Positions 31,048 to 42,539 of a stretch of 64,000 nucleotides of DNA are shown here, one piece after another. Source of the stretch: an uncultured Bacillota bacterium (lineage in GTDB: Bacteria > Bacillota > DTU025 > MWDF01); NCBI GenBank assembly GCA_963823655.1, contig CAWGMK010000012.1, forward strand, positions 32,001 to 96,000. Direction: 5' to 3'. Positions within the stretch are counted from its first letter, which is position 1; the number at the start of each line of letters is the position of its first letter. Made by a program: the position numbers and the translations under genes. Under the pieces are notes generated by a model. It ran no database searches. It worked only from the letters and a program-made list of their open reading frames with translations, and was not told the origin of the DNA.

Positions 31048-31497
31048 ATGAAATACGAGTGGTTGGACAGGTACTGCCTTTCCAAGAAGGGCGCACAGAA
31101 GGACTACAAGCTTGAGTGGGACGCGACCCGCTACATGCTGTTGGGCAAGATGTTCGCAATGAAGGGCGGCGACAAGGAAGGCAGGCCCATTATATCGATC
31201 AAGCTGGCGCCCATGCACGGTGAGATACTAAGGGGCGAATACAATGACATAATCCCTGGATACTACATGAATAAGGTGCATTGGAACTCCGTATACCTGG
31301 AGGGCGAAGTACCGGATGAAGTCCTCAAGGGCATGCTAGATGAATCTTATACACTCATCTTCGAAGCCCTGAGCAAGAAGGCGCAAGCCGAGATTCTTAA
31401 GCCTAGAATAGGCATCTGGCTTCATAAGCCTGGAATTAGCCTTGAGGCCGTGAAGAAGGCCTCTGAGAAAATTATGCCGCGCGATATGTCGGATTGA
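31048..31497 (+). CDS. MmcQ/YjbR-family DNA-binding protein
   Basis: GKMFA…IIPGYYMNKVHWNSV…DESY. Confidence 0.9.
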   Translation: MKYEWLDRYCLSKKGAQKDYKLEWDATRYMLLGKMFAMKGGDKEGRPIISIKLAPMHGEILRGEYNDIIPGYYMNKVHWNSVYLEGEVPDEVLKGMLDESYTLIFEALSKKAQAEILKPRIGIWLHKPGISLEAVKKASEKIMPRDMSD

Positions 31498-31565
31498 CGG
31501 CCATTTGGGCGGTTGCGTCCCGAATGCCCCCGCAGCCTATTTTAAATACGCATGAAGAGGTACTG

Positions 31566-32042
31566 ATGGAAGAGATTACTGTCACCAATGAAGGGACGCC
31601 GACCGCCATTTTGGAGCTTAACGAGGAGAACGTAAGGCTTCTGTGGTCCAGGACATACAATACCGAAGGCAAGCCTGACTGGTCGCACCTTTTCCCCTAC
31701 TATCACCCGGATATAATATTCCAGGACAGCGTACAGAGGATTGAGGGGTTCGCCGATTTCTCGGCCATGTGCACGAGGCTTGCCAGTCGGTGCAAGAGCC
31801 TCAGGATGGAGATACTCTCCCTTGTGAAGGAGCGAGACATCATCCTCATGGACTGGAAGATGACAATGGCTTTCAAGAAATTCCCCGACACGCCCATATT
31901 CGGCTCGACTAAGATCACCTTACATGCGGACGGCAGGATAATCGAGCAGCGCGACTACTACGACCTCTGGGGGGACATCTTCAACGGCATCCCGAGATTC
32001 GGCAAGATGTACAGAAGGTTCATGCGCCGTTACTTCGGCTAA
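31566..32042 (+). CDS. NTF2/SnoaL-like protein
   Basis: YHPDIIFQDSV…DGRIIEQRDYYDL. Confidence 0.85.
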   Translation: MEEITVTNEGTPTAILELNEENVRLLWSRTYNTEGKPDWSHLFPYYHPDIIFQDSVQRIEGFADFSAMCTRLASRCKSLRMEILSLVKERDIILMDWKMTMAFKKFPDTPIFGSTKITLHADGRIIEQRDYYDLWGDIFNGIPRFGKMYRRFMRRYFG

Positions 32043-32072
32043 TCATCAAGCACTATTTTGGGAGGGCCTGCG

Positions 32073-33005
32073 ATGAAATTCGAAATGCCTGACGAGCTTA
32101 AATTCCTGGTGAACAGGAACCTTCCCCAGAAGACCAGCACAGCTTCTCTTGCCGGCAAGACCTGCGTTATTGCCGGCGCTACCTCAGGCGTCGGCCTTGA
32201 GGCCGCGAAGTGCATCGCTGCCAGGGGCGCACATCTTGTTATCATCGGACGCAACCCTGAGAAGGCCGAGCGCGTAAGCAGTCAGCTCAAGGCCGCATTT
32301 GGCGTTACAGTCGACATCGTAATCGCAGACTTTAGCGACCTGGAGCAGGTGCGAAAAGCAGCGCACAAGATCCTTGCGCAATACCCCCGCGTCGACATAC
32401 TCATCAACAGCGCAGGCTTATATGACACGACAAGGAAGCTCACATCGGAGGGCTTCGAGATGGTCTTTTGCGTAAACCACCTCGCATCTTTCCTGCTCAC
32501 CTATATGCTGCTGGACAGGATGAAGCAGAGCGCCCCCTCTCGCATAATCCAGGTCAACTCCGAGGGCCATCGCTTCAACGGCCTGAACCCGGATGACCTG
32601 AACTGGAAGAAGAGGTTCTACACTGGGCTTAGAGGCTACGGCGCGTCGAAGACGGCCCAGCTTCTAACGGTCTGGGAGCTTGCAGACATGCTAAAAGGCA
32701 GCGGAGTGAGCATCAATGCTATGCACCCCGGCGATGTCAGGACCAATATCGGCAACAACAACGGGCCCCTGTACAGGTTCTTCCTTCATAACTTCACCTG
32801 GCACATGTTAAGAGATCCCAAGATGTCGGGCGAGGCGATCTGCTACCTTGCCTCAGCACCTGAGCTTGCTGACGTGAGCGGACGCTTCTTCCATATGACC
32901 AATGAAGAAAAGCCCGCCCCTCACGCGATGAATCGCACAGTGGGCAGGCGCATATGGGATCTTACTATGGAGATGACCGGACTTAAGGGCAAACAGCCCT
33001 CTTAA
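32073..33005 (+). CDS. SDR oxidoreductase (retinol dehydrogenase-like)
   Basis: AGATSGVG, DILINSAG, YGASK, MHPGDV. Confidence 0.92.
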   Translation: MKFEMPDELKFLVNRNLPQKTSTASLAGKTCVIAGATSGVGLEAAKCIAARGAHLVIIGRNPEKAERVSSQLKAAFGVTVDIVIADFSDLEQVRKAAHKILAQYPRVDILINSAGLYDTTRKLTSEGFEMVFCVNHLASFLLTYMLLDRMKQSAPSRIIQVNSEGHRFNGLNPDDLNWKKRFYTGLRGYGASKTAQLLTVWELADMLKGSGVSINAMHPGDVRTNIGNNNGPLYRFFLHNFTWHMLRDPKMSGEAICYLASAPELADVSGRFFHMTNEEKPAPHAMNRTVGRRIWDLTMEMTGLKGKQPS

Positions 33006-33030
33006 CCGTCAACTGTCCTGCCGGCCTCGC

Positions 33031-34641
33031 CTATTTTACGCTCTTAATCACGCTATCGGCCGCAAGCTTGCCCGTTAGTATGGATATCGGCAGCCCGGAC
33101 GGGCTGAATACCCATTGCCCCGCCTGCAAAACATCGGGAATTGGCGTCAATATGGATGATGCAACCTTCGGCAGGCTGCTTACCGCAGGTATGGGCTTGT
33201 TCGTGAAGGACCAGCCCGTTATGGCCCCGTCCGTATTTCCCGTGATGCGCTGAAGCGTCAGGGGAGTGGATGTGAACTTATCCATTACCATGTCCTTAAG
33301 CCCCGGGTAGATCGACGCTTCCAGCACGCCGATAATCGTCTTTTCGCAGAACGACTTGAACTCGTCATACCAGCCCATATCGCTGATGTGCTTCACCAGC
33401 GGGTAGTCGATTAGAGAGCTTACTATAAGGCCTGTCGTGCCGTCCGGCGCCATGTCGGCATCCCTTAGAACCGGGCACGATATTTCATACGTAGTCAGCT
33501 CGAGATACTGCCTCACCCAATCGAACAGGGCTGCCTTGTTGGTTATGTATTCCCGCTCGGCCTCATTGAAGCGCCCCGGCTCCATAATCTCGGGCAGGAT
33601 GTCGGTAAGGCCCTTCTTCTTTGGCGTATAGAAGAAGTGGGGATTGGACTTCTGGGCGAAATAGCCCTTATCAACATCGAGCGTCAGGTACAGCGTAAGG
33701 ATAAAATCTCCGCCGATCTTGTCCGCGATTGCCGACTTCTGTGCCTCGGCCAGGCCGCGCGCCTTCACATCCGGAATCGTCGCCAGATCCGCCAGCGAAT
33801 AGAGCTTCTTCATGTCCGCCGCCCAGACCAGCTTCTTGTAGCCATATGCGATGCCCAGAGTATCTACTGCCTGCTTTTGCGCAAGGTCCACGCTTCTTAT
33901 CTCGGTGCCTGTCTTGATCTCGCCGCCATGTTCGAGCACGTACTGCGCCATTCTCGCAGAAAGGGCCCCTGTGCCGCCTTTAGGGTACTTGTAATCCAGG
34001 TAGAGGCTGAAGTAGCTCAGGGCGAAGAACGTTGGCGTCTCTTTGAAGAAGTGCTGCGCTATCATGTCGATGAGCGACTGGTTCTTCGTAAATCTGCTCA
34101 AGTACTGGTTCACGGGCATGTTGAGCCTGGATATCTTGGGCATGGTGAACAGGTATTTGAAAAGCCACGGCAACACCGTGTTCAACAGGTATCTAGGGTC
34201 CATCATATTATCCATGAAGAGCGGGTTGTCGATGCCGTAAAGCACATCCATATAATCCATCACGCGCGCAATCTCGCCGCAGATGGCCTTGATGTCGGCC
34301 TCATAGCCAGGGAATGCCCTGTTAAGAAGGCCTTCGTAGTCATTGAGGCTGTCTTTCGAGCTCAGGCGGATCACATCATCCTCAATGCCTATAGAGACAT
34401 CGTTCTTCACAACATCAAGATCGATTCCAAGCTGCCTGAGCATGGGGAAGATGATGCCCGAGCTCTCCAGCGCCCGGATGCCGCCGTCGAACAGGAAGCC
34501 ATCGAATTCGAAGGTGTTAACAAGGCCTCCGATCTTGTCCTCCTTCTCGACTACGAGGACTTTAAGGCCTGCCCGGCACATATAGGCGGCTGAGGTCAGC
34601 CCGGCCATACCGCCGCCGACGATTACGCAATCGTACTTCAT
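33031..34641 (-). CDS. Phytoene-desaturase-family FAD-dependent oxidoreductase
   Basis: IVGGGMAGL, YPKGG, STPLTLQRITGNTDGAITGW, QAGQW. Confidence 0.88.
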   Translation of the reverse strand: MKYDCVIVGGGMAGLTSAAYMCRAGLKVLVVEKEDKIGGLVNTFEFDGFLFDGGIRALESSGIIFPMLRQLGIDLDVVKNDVSIGIEDDVIRLSSKDSLNDYEGLLNRAFPGYEADIKAICGEIARVMDYMDVLYGIDNPLFMDNMMDPRYLLNTVLPWLFKYLFTMPKISRLNMPVNQYLSRFTKNQSLIDMIAQHFFKETPTFFALSYFSLYLDYKYPKGGTGALSARMAQYVLEHGGEIKTGTEIRSVDLAQKQAVDTLGIAYGYKKLVWAADMKKLYSLADLATIPDVKARGLAEAQKSAIADKIGGDFILTLYLTLDVDKGYFAQKSNPHFFYTPKKKGLTDILPEIMEPGRFNEAEREYITNKAALFDWVRQYLELTTYEISCPVLRDADMAPDGTTGLIVSSLIDYPLVKHISDMGWYDEFKSFCEKTIIGVLEASIYPGLKDMVMDKFTSTPLTLQRITGNTDGAITGWSFTNKPIPAVSSLPKVASSILTPIPDVLQAGQWVFSPSGLPISILTGKLAADSVIKSVK

Positions 34642-34758
34642 CGCTTACCCCCGGAACAAATTAATAAATAGGAAGAAATCCCATGCCCATTATTATAGCA
34701 AAGCATGCGGATTTTGGAATGGTTGGCTAATCTGTGGCCACAACTGAGGAAACTCCTG

Positions 34759-35741
34759 TTAGTTGTATGCCTTCAGCACGTTGAGGGCCTTTAGCGTTAT
34801 CCACTTCGATGGCGCGCCCTTCTTCTCTATGTCGAGGTGCATCTTCCCGTTGTTGGAGTTCTCCATCTTCCATTTGCCGTCCGCGCCGCGCTTGCCGGCA
34901 AGTATGGCTATGGCATCAGCTAATCTGGGATCACTTATGCCCAGATCGGTCATTAGCCCCAATAGCTCCAGGATGTCAGTCTGATACATGAGAGGGAAGC
35001 CCAGCCTCAACCATCCGGGCCGCGAAACCTCGTCCAGGCTGTGGCTCTTTTTGTACAGGTGGTGCTTGAGGAAGTACTCCGCAAGCTCTCCTATCTTGGC
35101 ATTCACCTCCGGCCGTGCGCTTCTCGTGCAGGAATGGCCGCCAAGCCCTTCAAAGCCTTGGCAACGCCCATGTGGCAGGAGTGGCGGCCAAAGCACATCT
35201 CAAATCTCTCGTAGTACTTGCCGGCAGGGCCTTTCTCTATGCCATCGTCGGCCCTCTGGTGCTTTATGATCCAGCCAATCGCCTCCTGTACCCGCTCATC
35301 CTCAAGAAAACCGAGCTTGATGAGGCTATAAACCATATTGCCGGTGAGGCAGGGGATTACGCCGCTGGCAAGGCCGGTCATGGTCTTCGCGCTCCGGGAG
35401 ACGGAGAAGCCGCTGCTCTCAGGATCCTGCGAGTTAGACAGCATGAACTCGCAGGCTCTTCTCACCCTGGCATCTTCGCCGGATGCCCCAAGTTCTGCAA
35501 GTACCAGCAGCGTCCATGATGAGCCGGTGTACTTGTCCGTGTAGTATCTTTCCGGCTCGCCCCAGGAGCCGTCCTCGTTTTGAAGGCCCAGTATATGTGA
35601 AACTGCGCCGCTATGCATGAGCGCCCTTCGCGCCTGCAAAGCCACAGGTGAATTGGAGGGCTCACCCAGCAGGGACGTCAGCGCAAAGAACCTAACTGAC
35701 GGGTTGTTGTCTTCTAGTAGCCAGTCGACTACGCTATTCAT
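34759..35741 (-). CDS. Prenyltransferase/squalene-cyclase-fold (alpha/alpha barrel) protein, frameshifted
   Basis: DWLLEDNNPSVR, QNEDGSWG, QRADDG, GFPLMYQTDILE, PSKWITL. Confidence 0.75.
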
Positions 35742-35954
35742 CGCAGGACAGCCCCTTTCCGTCCGGAAATTCGAGCAGGAGGACAGCACGCAGTTAATAA
35801 TTCATCGAAAGTAGGGATTTCCCTTTTCGGCTCCCGTTTTGTGGCGGAAAATGGATCGCCTTTCCTTCCCCTATACAAAAGAAAGAGCAGGGAGAGGGGC
35901 TGAAAGTCCCCTCTCTATCTGCTCAAAGCGATATTTGGTTTGCGCTTTCGCACA

Positions 35955-37481
35955 TCAGTATTTCGGCAGATTGACGAGCTTGCCGTTGATCAGGAACTGG
36001 CCTGAAGAATTAGCCCTCGCCATTATCAGCGCCATTCCCCCGTTGAGCTCGACTAATATCTCCTTTGAATCCGTGCCGACGAAGCTTGCCGGGCCGCTAA
36101 TCGTAATATGGGCCGTGAATGACTCCTTGAGCAGTTCCCCGGAAAGGCCTGTGATCCTTATAGTTACCAGGAAGTCGCGCCCGACTTGGATCGAAGATGG
36201 CACGATGATGTCGAAGGAGACCATCTGCGATACCTGGGGTTTCGACACCGAATCCCCGCTGTCCACGAAGACGCTGGTGACGCCCCTTGGGACATCATCG
36301 GCCAGCTGGAAGAGCACTTCCGTGTCGGAGTAGGAGATGGGATCTGCAAGGTAGCTTCCTTCATCGGTGACCAGCACCACATGCGGCTCTATCGGTATGT
36401 TCCTCGATGATAGGGCGGTTCCCCTGAGCCTCAGGCTTGTGCCCGTGAAGCACATGCTCGGCAGGTCTTCGATCACTGCCTCCGAGCCCTGCCCGATGCC
36501 CGAGAGCACGGCCATGAGGGAGTAATCCCCCTGCCTGCCGTCAGTCATCGTGGAGAAGACCTTCCAAAGCCCGGTCGTAAGCACCCCAGGGGGTATACTC
36601 CATCTGCCATCCTCGTCCAAGGGAACTTCGACCCTTTTGCCCTCAGTAGACTCTGCGACGACATAGGCGGTTGCGATTATCGCCTCGGGCTTATCCTCGA
36701 CCGAGCCTCCGATCGCATATCCCGAAGTGCAGGTGGTAGGCGCTATTACGTCAGGAGGCGGGGGAGTGATTAAGGTGGTCCCGAGTGAGGGGCCCCAATC
36801 ACCTTTGGCGGCAACCCACAAGTATCTGTCCACCGTCACGGAGCCGTCCTGCATTTGGCTATAGACTGTTTTCTCCGCCGCATTGCCGTCCTTGTCGGGT
36901 TTGATCTCCGCCTTCTCCGTTTCCGCCTTCTTTTCAGGGGCTTTGTCACGTCTCAAAGAGTAGCCGGTGTAGTAGATCTTGCCCTTCTCCTCGAGGTAAT
37001 AGTCTGTCCATATGCCTTCGGGGACCCTTTTCGTTATCTCTTTCTGCTCCCAGACCGTCTTATTGCCCTTGGCATCCGTTTTCTCATTCCTGCGTATTTT
37101 GACCTTGTCGTCGCCCTTCTCCTCGGTTGACCATAGATGCGTGCTCGTGGACACCACTTTTCCGTCTTCTTTGATGACGTCCACAAGGCGCTCCTCCTTG
37201 ACTACCGTGCCGTCCTCTCTCGTATACTCCCTCTTCTCGTGCGTCATGGTGCTCTCCCTGCCGGAGGCCATAACGGTTGTATCCTGCGCGGGGTCATGAG
37301 GCACGACCTGCTGCCAGGGGGGAGGGTCGGTGGCGGCCGCCAGCCCTGATATGGCTAGTAGCAGCAAGAGGCATGATATGGCAATGAAAAGGGCGTAAGC
37401 CCGCGTATTCCTGTCATTTGGCGCGTTCAAGAACATCAACCTCCCGTGCGTGTCCGGCACTTCTACAGTCGCCCTCCACAC
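35955..37481 (-). CDS. Large secreted hypothetical protein
   Basis: Hydrophobic signal, charged beta-hairpin-rich N-half, PPPP linker, Ig/IPT-like C-half; start uncertain. Confidence 0.7.
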   Translation of the reverse strand: MWRATVEVPDTHGRLMFLNAPNDRNTRAYALFIAISCLLLLLAISGLAAATDPPPWQQVVPHDPAQDTTVMASGRESTMTHEKREYTREDGTVVKEERLVDVIKEDGKVVSTSTHLWSTEEKGDDKVKIRRNEKTDAKGNKTVWEQKEITKRVPEGIWTDYYLEEKGKIYYTGYSLRRDKAPEKKAETEKAEIKPDKDGNAAEKTVYSQMQDGSVTVDRYLWVAAKGDWGPSLGTTLITPPPPDVIAPTTCTSGYAIGGSVEDKPEAIIATAYVVAESTEGKRVEVPLDEDGRWSIPPGVLTTGLWKVFSTMTDGRQGDYSLMAVLSGIGQGSEAVIEDLPSMCFTGTSLRLRGTALSSRNIPIEPHVVLVTDEGSYLADPISYSDTEVLFQLADDVPRGVTSVFVDSGDSVSKPQVSQMVSFDIIVPSSIQVGRDFLVTIRITGLSGELLKESFTAHITISGPASFVGTDSKEILVELNGGMALIMARANSSGQFLINGKLVNLPKY

Positions 37482-37687
37482 GCAGTAATTATTCTTTATC
37501 GGAATAGTTTATCCTTCAAATAGAAGTGTGAGGGTAAAGGCGCATTGGCTGAATATGCGCTTATAGACCCCATTATGATAAACGCAGAAATTGCATTAAT
37601 AGTAAGCCGGGGAGGGTCCAATATGATGAAGGGCACGCCGTCCTTATGGCATGCCCTCTGCAGAGATTGCCTATGCGAATAGCCTTT

Positions 37688-38334
37688 CTAGTACGGGTTG
37701 GAGTAGACGCTGTCCTGGAACTTGACGCTTATGCTCTTTATGTGGACATAGTGTTCCCCATCCTCCTGGTTGATGCCGAAATTGGGGAAGAATACATCGT
37801 AGTCGTAGCTTGAATAGGTGAAGCTGGAGAACATCTTGCCGTTAAGGTAGGCTTTAAGATTCCTTCCGGTCTTGACCAACTTGAACACATTGTCGCCGTG
37901 CATATTGAATGCAAGCTCCTCATCGCCCTCATCCACGATAACCAATGGCTGGTTTTCTGCTACCTGGAACCACTCATCTAAAGGATGGCCCACAGAATGG
38001 AAATCATACTCTATCCACTCTGAAAGCGCCGGATTTCCCATATTGAAGATAAAATATATTGAATCAATTAGTTTCTGTCGTATCTATACTGAAGACCGTC
38101 TCCACTGTGAAATTGCCGTCGAAGCCCAGAGGGGATGCGAAAATCTTACCGTCCAGGTAAAGGCCACTGGTACCATCCAGCTCCCCCTCCCAAGGTGCAA
38201 ACCAGTCTACTCTTTTCCAATCGTCAAGCCCGGATGCAGTAGTAAAATCCACGGACCAGGTGGCTCCGCACCCCTGCTGAAGCAGGGCGAAACCCAACAG
38301 CATGAAATATCGCTGCAATGCGCATCGGTTTCAT
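37688..38334 (-). CDS. Family-A surface lipoprotein, copy 3 (frameshifted)
   Basis: GC-GATWSVDF; SPLGFDGNFTVETVFSIDT; GDNVFKLVKTG..LKAYLNG; SISVKF. Confidence 0.7.
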
Positions 38335-38583
38335 AGCCTGATCACCTCCCGGCGAAGATATTCTACCAATATTGTATATTTCCTTTATTGGATAATACCC
38401 GGACTAGGCCTTTTAATGCCCATACCCAGCAGGACTGCTTCTCTGCAAGAATAGGAAATAGAAGTTGGCTTCGAGGATAGGAAACGCTGCCTCTAAAATT
38501 GGAGGCAGCGTTGAAGTGCATTATGATCGTTCTTCTTGGACCAAGCCTTATCGGGGGCAATGGCTGCTTATTGCCGCAACAGG

Positions 38584-39352
38584 CTATAATTCATCCAATT
38601 CCGGCATTATTGATTCACCCGGTTGCGAGGATACGTAACGGATCTCGTTCATCCACCACTCTATAGAATCCGCGATGGAGTCGCCGTCCTCGTCTATTGG
38701 CTCGCCGCCTTCAACTCCGTCGTCCAATAGGAAGGAATTCAAGAGCGTCCGACCATCATTTGCCCTGATGAGGGCCGCGTTAGTCGCGGGCGTGATGACG
38801 CTGAATACGGCGATTATTTCGCCGCTTCCCACTGCCGAGCCCGGGAAACCGTTGTTCGGATGATTATCGTCTGCACCCAGGAAAACAAGCTCAGGGGCTG
38901 CGTGCGGCCTCTTCCATATCTCATCTGTAAAGTTGATCTTGTATATTGATTTGGGGATCAGATTTGATGCACCTTCTTTGTGGTATCCGAGCTTTGCCCA
39001 CAAGGCCATGGTTGGCCATTCGCCGATGTTCATGGTGCTTACTACCGCCCTTGCGCCTCTAGTGACGAAGTCGTCGATTAAAGGGAGGGCCCCGCTCTCA
39101 GGATCAGGCGATGCAGGGTTGTCAAAGACCAGAAGATCCCACGCCTTTGACTGGAACACGGTGACGAATTCCCCCATGGTGTCTACTTCGATATAGGCGT
39201 AATTGAGCCTTTCCAGTGCCTCTCTCGCAAAATGGTTCTCGGAATTGTCATATAGCAGGACTTGCTTGGGGCCGCAGCCCGACAAGCTGAATGACAGTAT
39301 TAGAAGCAGAACCGTAACTGCCGCTGCTCTGATCTATTCTATCAATACTCAT
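38584..39352 (-). CDS. Family-B surface lipoprotein, copy 2 (frameshift in signal peptide)
   Basis: LSGC-GPKQVLLYDNS; HFAREAL; WDLLVFD; ANDGRTLLNSFLLDD; DEDGDSIADSIEWWMNEI. Confidence 0.8.
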
Positions 39353-39528
39353 ACCGTGACCTCCTATTCGCACTGTTTCCTATCAGATTTTACAAATCTG
39401 GAAAATGACCTTCAATAACCCGGAAACTAGCGAAATGAATCAGGGCATGATTGCTTTGCAAAAGTATATCTGTTGCAATCGGGCGGAACACGTCAGGTCA
39501 TATTTGGCTTGATTAAGGATGACAGAAA

Positions 39529-39560
39529 GCCGTCGCCCCGTAATAATGCGGGACGACGGC
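39529..39560. terminator. Terminator-like hairpin
   Basis: GCCGTCGCCCCG…CGGGACGACGGC. Confidence 0.6.
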
Positions 39561-39592
39561 CGAACAGGTCGAATATCAGCGGCTGAACGCTA

Positions 39593-40395
39593 TTAGTTGT
39601 TGGCTTCCGCACCCTCCGATATACCAACACCGCCCAAAGGCAGGATCGGCATCACGGATTTGCCGGACTGCGCTGCGACGAATGAGATCTCATTCATCCA
39701 ATACTCTACTGAGTCTCCCATTCCGTCGCCATCCCTGTCCATCGGCAAGCCGCCCTCGATACCGTCATCAAGAAGGAAGGCGTTGAAAATGGTTCGCCCG
39801 TTGTTGGCGATGAACAGCGCGCCTGTGGTGGTAGGGTTATCGGTGTCAAACACTGCCAGGATATCGCCATCACCGGTTTCCGAACCCGGGAAGCCATGTG
39901 TGCCATATTCTGTCGTCGCCACCAAATTCCAACCACAGATGCGGCAGTACATTCGGTTCATTCCATAGGGAGTGCGCAGGTTGGAGCTTGAATATCGTCT
40001 TGGCGGCAGCGTATTCAGTACCCTCCTCAGCCCATCCTAGCTCCTCCCACAATGGCCAATCGGAATGGGGCATTGTTTGCCAAGAACTGATAACCAGGCG
40101 TCCGCCCTTTGTTACGAAATCGTACAGAATCGCGCCGGTCCCGTAGGCTGTATCTTGCCAGTAAGGATTATCTGAAACTATGAGGTCCCATTTCTGTGAA
40201 AGCAATGTAGCTGCGAAAGTCCTCCATGGTGGTGACTGTGGTAAAGCTATATGCGAGTTCGGTTAGCGCTTCGGCTGCAAAATGGCTGTTTGAATCGTCA
40301 TAGAGCAGGATTGCCTTCGGCTTACAGCCTGACAGCTGCACCAGCATGAATGCGACAATTGCGACAATAAGCACGGTCCTAACAAATCTATACAT
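39593..40395 (-). CDS. Family-B surface lipoprotein, copy 3 (split into three ORFs)
   Basis: LSGC-KPKAILLYDDS; WDLIVSD; GGRLVIS; ANNGRTIFNAFLLDD; DRDGDGMGDSVEYWMNEI. Confidence 0.78.
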
Positions 40396-40636
40396 AGTTT
40401 TATTTATACCTCCTTATATATTGGAATAAGGAATAGTTCTATAAATGAGCTGTAAAACCTCTTTGCTTAACGAGTTATCAATTCTAGGGCATAAGGAAGA
40501 GCATACTGGAGTAAGCACATAATCGGGCGTTCTCTGAGGGAATTGTCCATGTAAAAGCCCATTATGCTTTACGCCTCTTGCAATATCCTGTTATGGGCTA
40601 TACTTACTTATCATATCCAAAGGAAGGGAAGGGCGT

Positions 40637-41389
40637 ATGGCGACAATAAGGCAGCTAGGTAGAAGCATAATGGTCATTGCCCTTATATCTCTGCTTGTGG
40701 GGGCAAAGACAATCGGAGCGGCGCCTGCTTTTGAACAGGCGGACCTTCTTTATGGCATGCGGTACGACATCAAGAATGTGGAGGCTGCCATTGAGATCCT
40801 GGGCTCAGACGAGGCCAGGAAGGCAGGGGCATACGAAGCCGACTGGCGCCTCTCCCGCATATACTGGTACCTGGGGGATAAGGCTCTTGGCAAGGAGAGG
40901 CTGAAGCTCTTCGAGAAGGCAAAATCCTATTCGGAAAAAGCTGTGGCTGAGAGGCCAAACGGCTTTGAAGGCCACTACTGGCTCGCCTCTTCAATGGGCA
41001 GCGTCGCTTTGGAGAAAGGCGCCCTGTACGTAATAATCGATTCGTCCAGGATCAGGGCGGAGATCGAAAGGTGCATCACCATTTCTCCCTCAAACCCGGA
41101 AGCTCGAAACCTCCATGCAATATTCCTCTGGAAGCTGCCGGGCCTGTTCGGCGGCAATCTTGCGAAGGCCGAGGAAGAATCGAAGTTAGCAGTCAAGCTT
41201 GATCCCGACAACCCCGTCTACTGGGGCGTATTGGGAAACATACTGGAGCTCAGGGAGAACTACCCCGGCGCCAGGGAAGCCTTTCGAAAGGTCCTGGCGC
41301 TGCCTGACCGCACCGACGACCCGATAGAGAACGAACATTTCAAATCCGAGGCGAGGGCCGCTCTTAAACGCATGGAGGGCAAGAAGTAA
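40637..41389 (+). CDS. Secreted tetratricopeptide-repeat protein
   Basis: WRLSRIYWYLG, GHYWLA, AVKLDPDNPVYW. Confidence 0.8.
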   Translation: MATIRQLGRSIMVIALISLLVGAKTIGAAPAFEQADLLYGMRYDIKNVEAAIEILGSDEARKAGAYEADWRLSRIYWYLGDKALGKERLKLFEKAKSYSEKAVAERPNGFEGHYWLASSMGSVALEKGALYVIIDSSRIRAEIERCITISPSNPEARNLHAIFLWKLPGLFGGNLAKAEEESKLAVKLDPDNPVYWGVLGNILELRENYPGAREAFRKVLALPDRTDDPIENEHFKSEARAALKRMEGKK

Positions 41390-41508
41390 AAAGCAGCTTA
41401 CTTGTTGCCGTCAAGCAGGACAAATAGGACTTGAGTTTGCCTTGGCGCCCCTTTTGTGCTAATAATTCATTAACCGAATCCAAATGACAGCAGACACTGG
41501 AGGAACAG

Positions 41509-42207
41509 ATGGACAGAAAGGTCCAGGCCCTCAAGGCGGCTTTCCCGCATACGGTGCCCATTTTCACGGGCTTCATCTTCCTTGGGATTGCCTACGGGAT
41601 ACTTATGGCGAGCAAGGGCTTCGGCCTGGGCTGGACGCTCCTGATGAGCATCGCAGTCTACGCGGGCTCCATGCAGTATGTGGCAATACCGCTTCTGGCC
41701 TCCTCCTTCAATCCCCTTTACGCGCTGATGATGGCGCTCATCGTCAACGCCCGGCACCTGTTTTACGGCGTCTCGATGCTCAAGAAGTTCGAAGGCACGG
41801 GCAAGTTCAAGCCCTACTTGATCTTCTACATGAGCGATGAGACCTTCTCCGTGCTCTGCTCCACAGAGCCGCCCCCCGGCGTGGACAGGACCTATTTCAT
41901 GGTCTTCGTTACGCTTCTGGACCAGATCTACTGGGCGGTCGGCTCGGCGATCGGCGCGCTTTTGGGCGGGCTTATAAAGTTCAACACACATGGCCTGGAC
42001 TTCGCTCTTACCGCGCTCTTCGTCGTCATATTCCTAAGCCAGTGGGAGGCACAGAAAGAGCACAGGCCCGCCGTAATCGGCCTTGCAAGCTCTGTGCTCT
42101 GCCTGGTGATCCTCGGCAAGGGGAACTTCGTGCTACCCGCCATGGCAACCATACTGATCGTGCTCACTGCTATAAGAGGGCGCATGAAGGAGGGCAGGGC
42201 GGCATGA
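41509..42207 (+). CDS. azlC: AzlC-family branched-chain amino acid exporter
   Basis: [32 protein letters not shown]. Confidence 0.92.
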   Translation: MDRKVQALKAAFPHTVPIFTGFIFLGIAYGILMASKGFGLGWTLLMSIAVYAGSMQYVAIPLLASSFNPLYALMMALIVNARHLFYGVSMLKKFEGTGKFKPYLIFYMSDETFSVLCSTEPPPGVDRTYFMVFVTLLDQIYWAVGSAIGALLGGLIKFNTHGLDFALTALFVVIFLSQWEAQKEHRPAVIGLASSVLCLVILGKGNFVLPAMATILIVLTAIRGRMKEGRAA

Positions 42208-42539
42208 TAATGACGACAACCGAGATGCTAATAACCGTCGGTGCCATAATGCTCGGCACAATGGCGACAAGGTTTCTTCCATTCATACTCTTTCCCGAGG
42301 GCAGGACGACTCCGCCTTACATCGTCTACCTGGGAAAAGTGCTTCCATACGCCGTAATCGGCATGCTTGTGGTCTACTGCCTTAAGGCGGTGGACGTGAG
42401 GGCGTTCCCGTACGGCATACCCGAGGCGCTGGCGATTGCCGCCATTGCCATACTGCACGCATGGAAGAAGAACACGCTGCTTAGCATCGGTGCAGGCACC
42501 GTCGTCTACATGCTCCTCGTCCAGCTCGTCTTCATCTAG
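42204..42539 (+). CDS. azlD: AzlD-family protein
   Basis: TRFLPF…[18 protein letters not shown]; ATGA overlap with azlC. Confidence 0.9.
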   Translation: MIMTTTEMLITVGAIMLGTMATRFLPFILFPEGRTTPPYIVYLGKVLPYAVIGMLVVYCLKAVDVRAFPYGIPEALAIAAIAILHAWKKNTLLSIGAGTVVYMLLVQLVFI

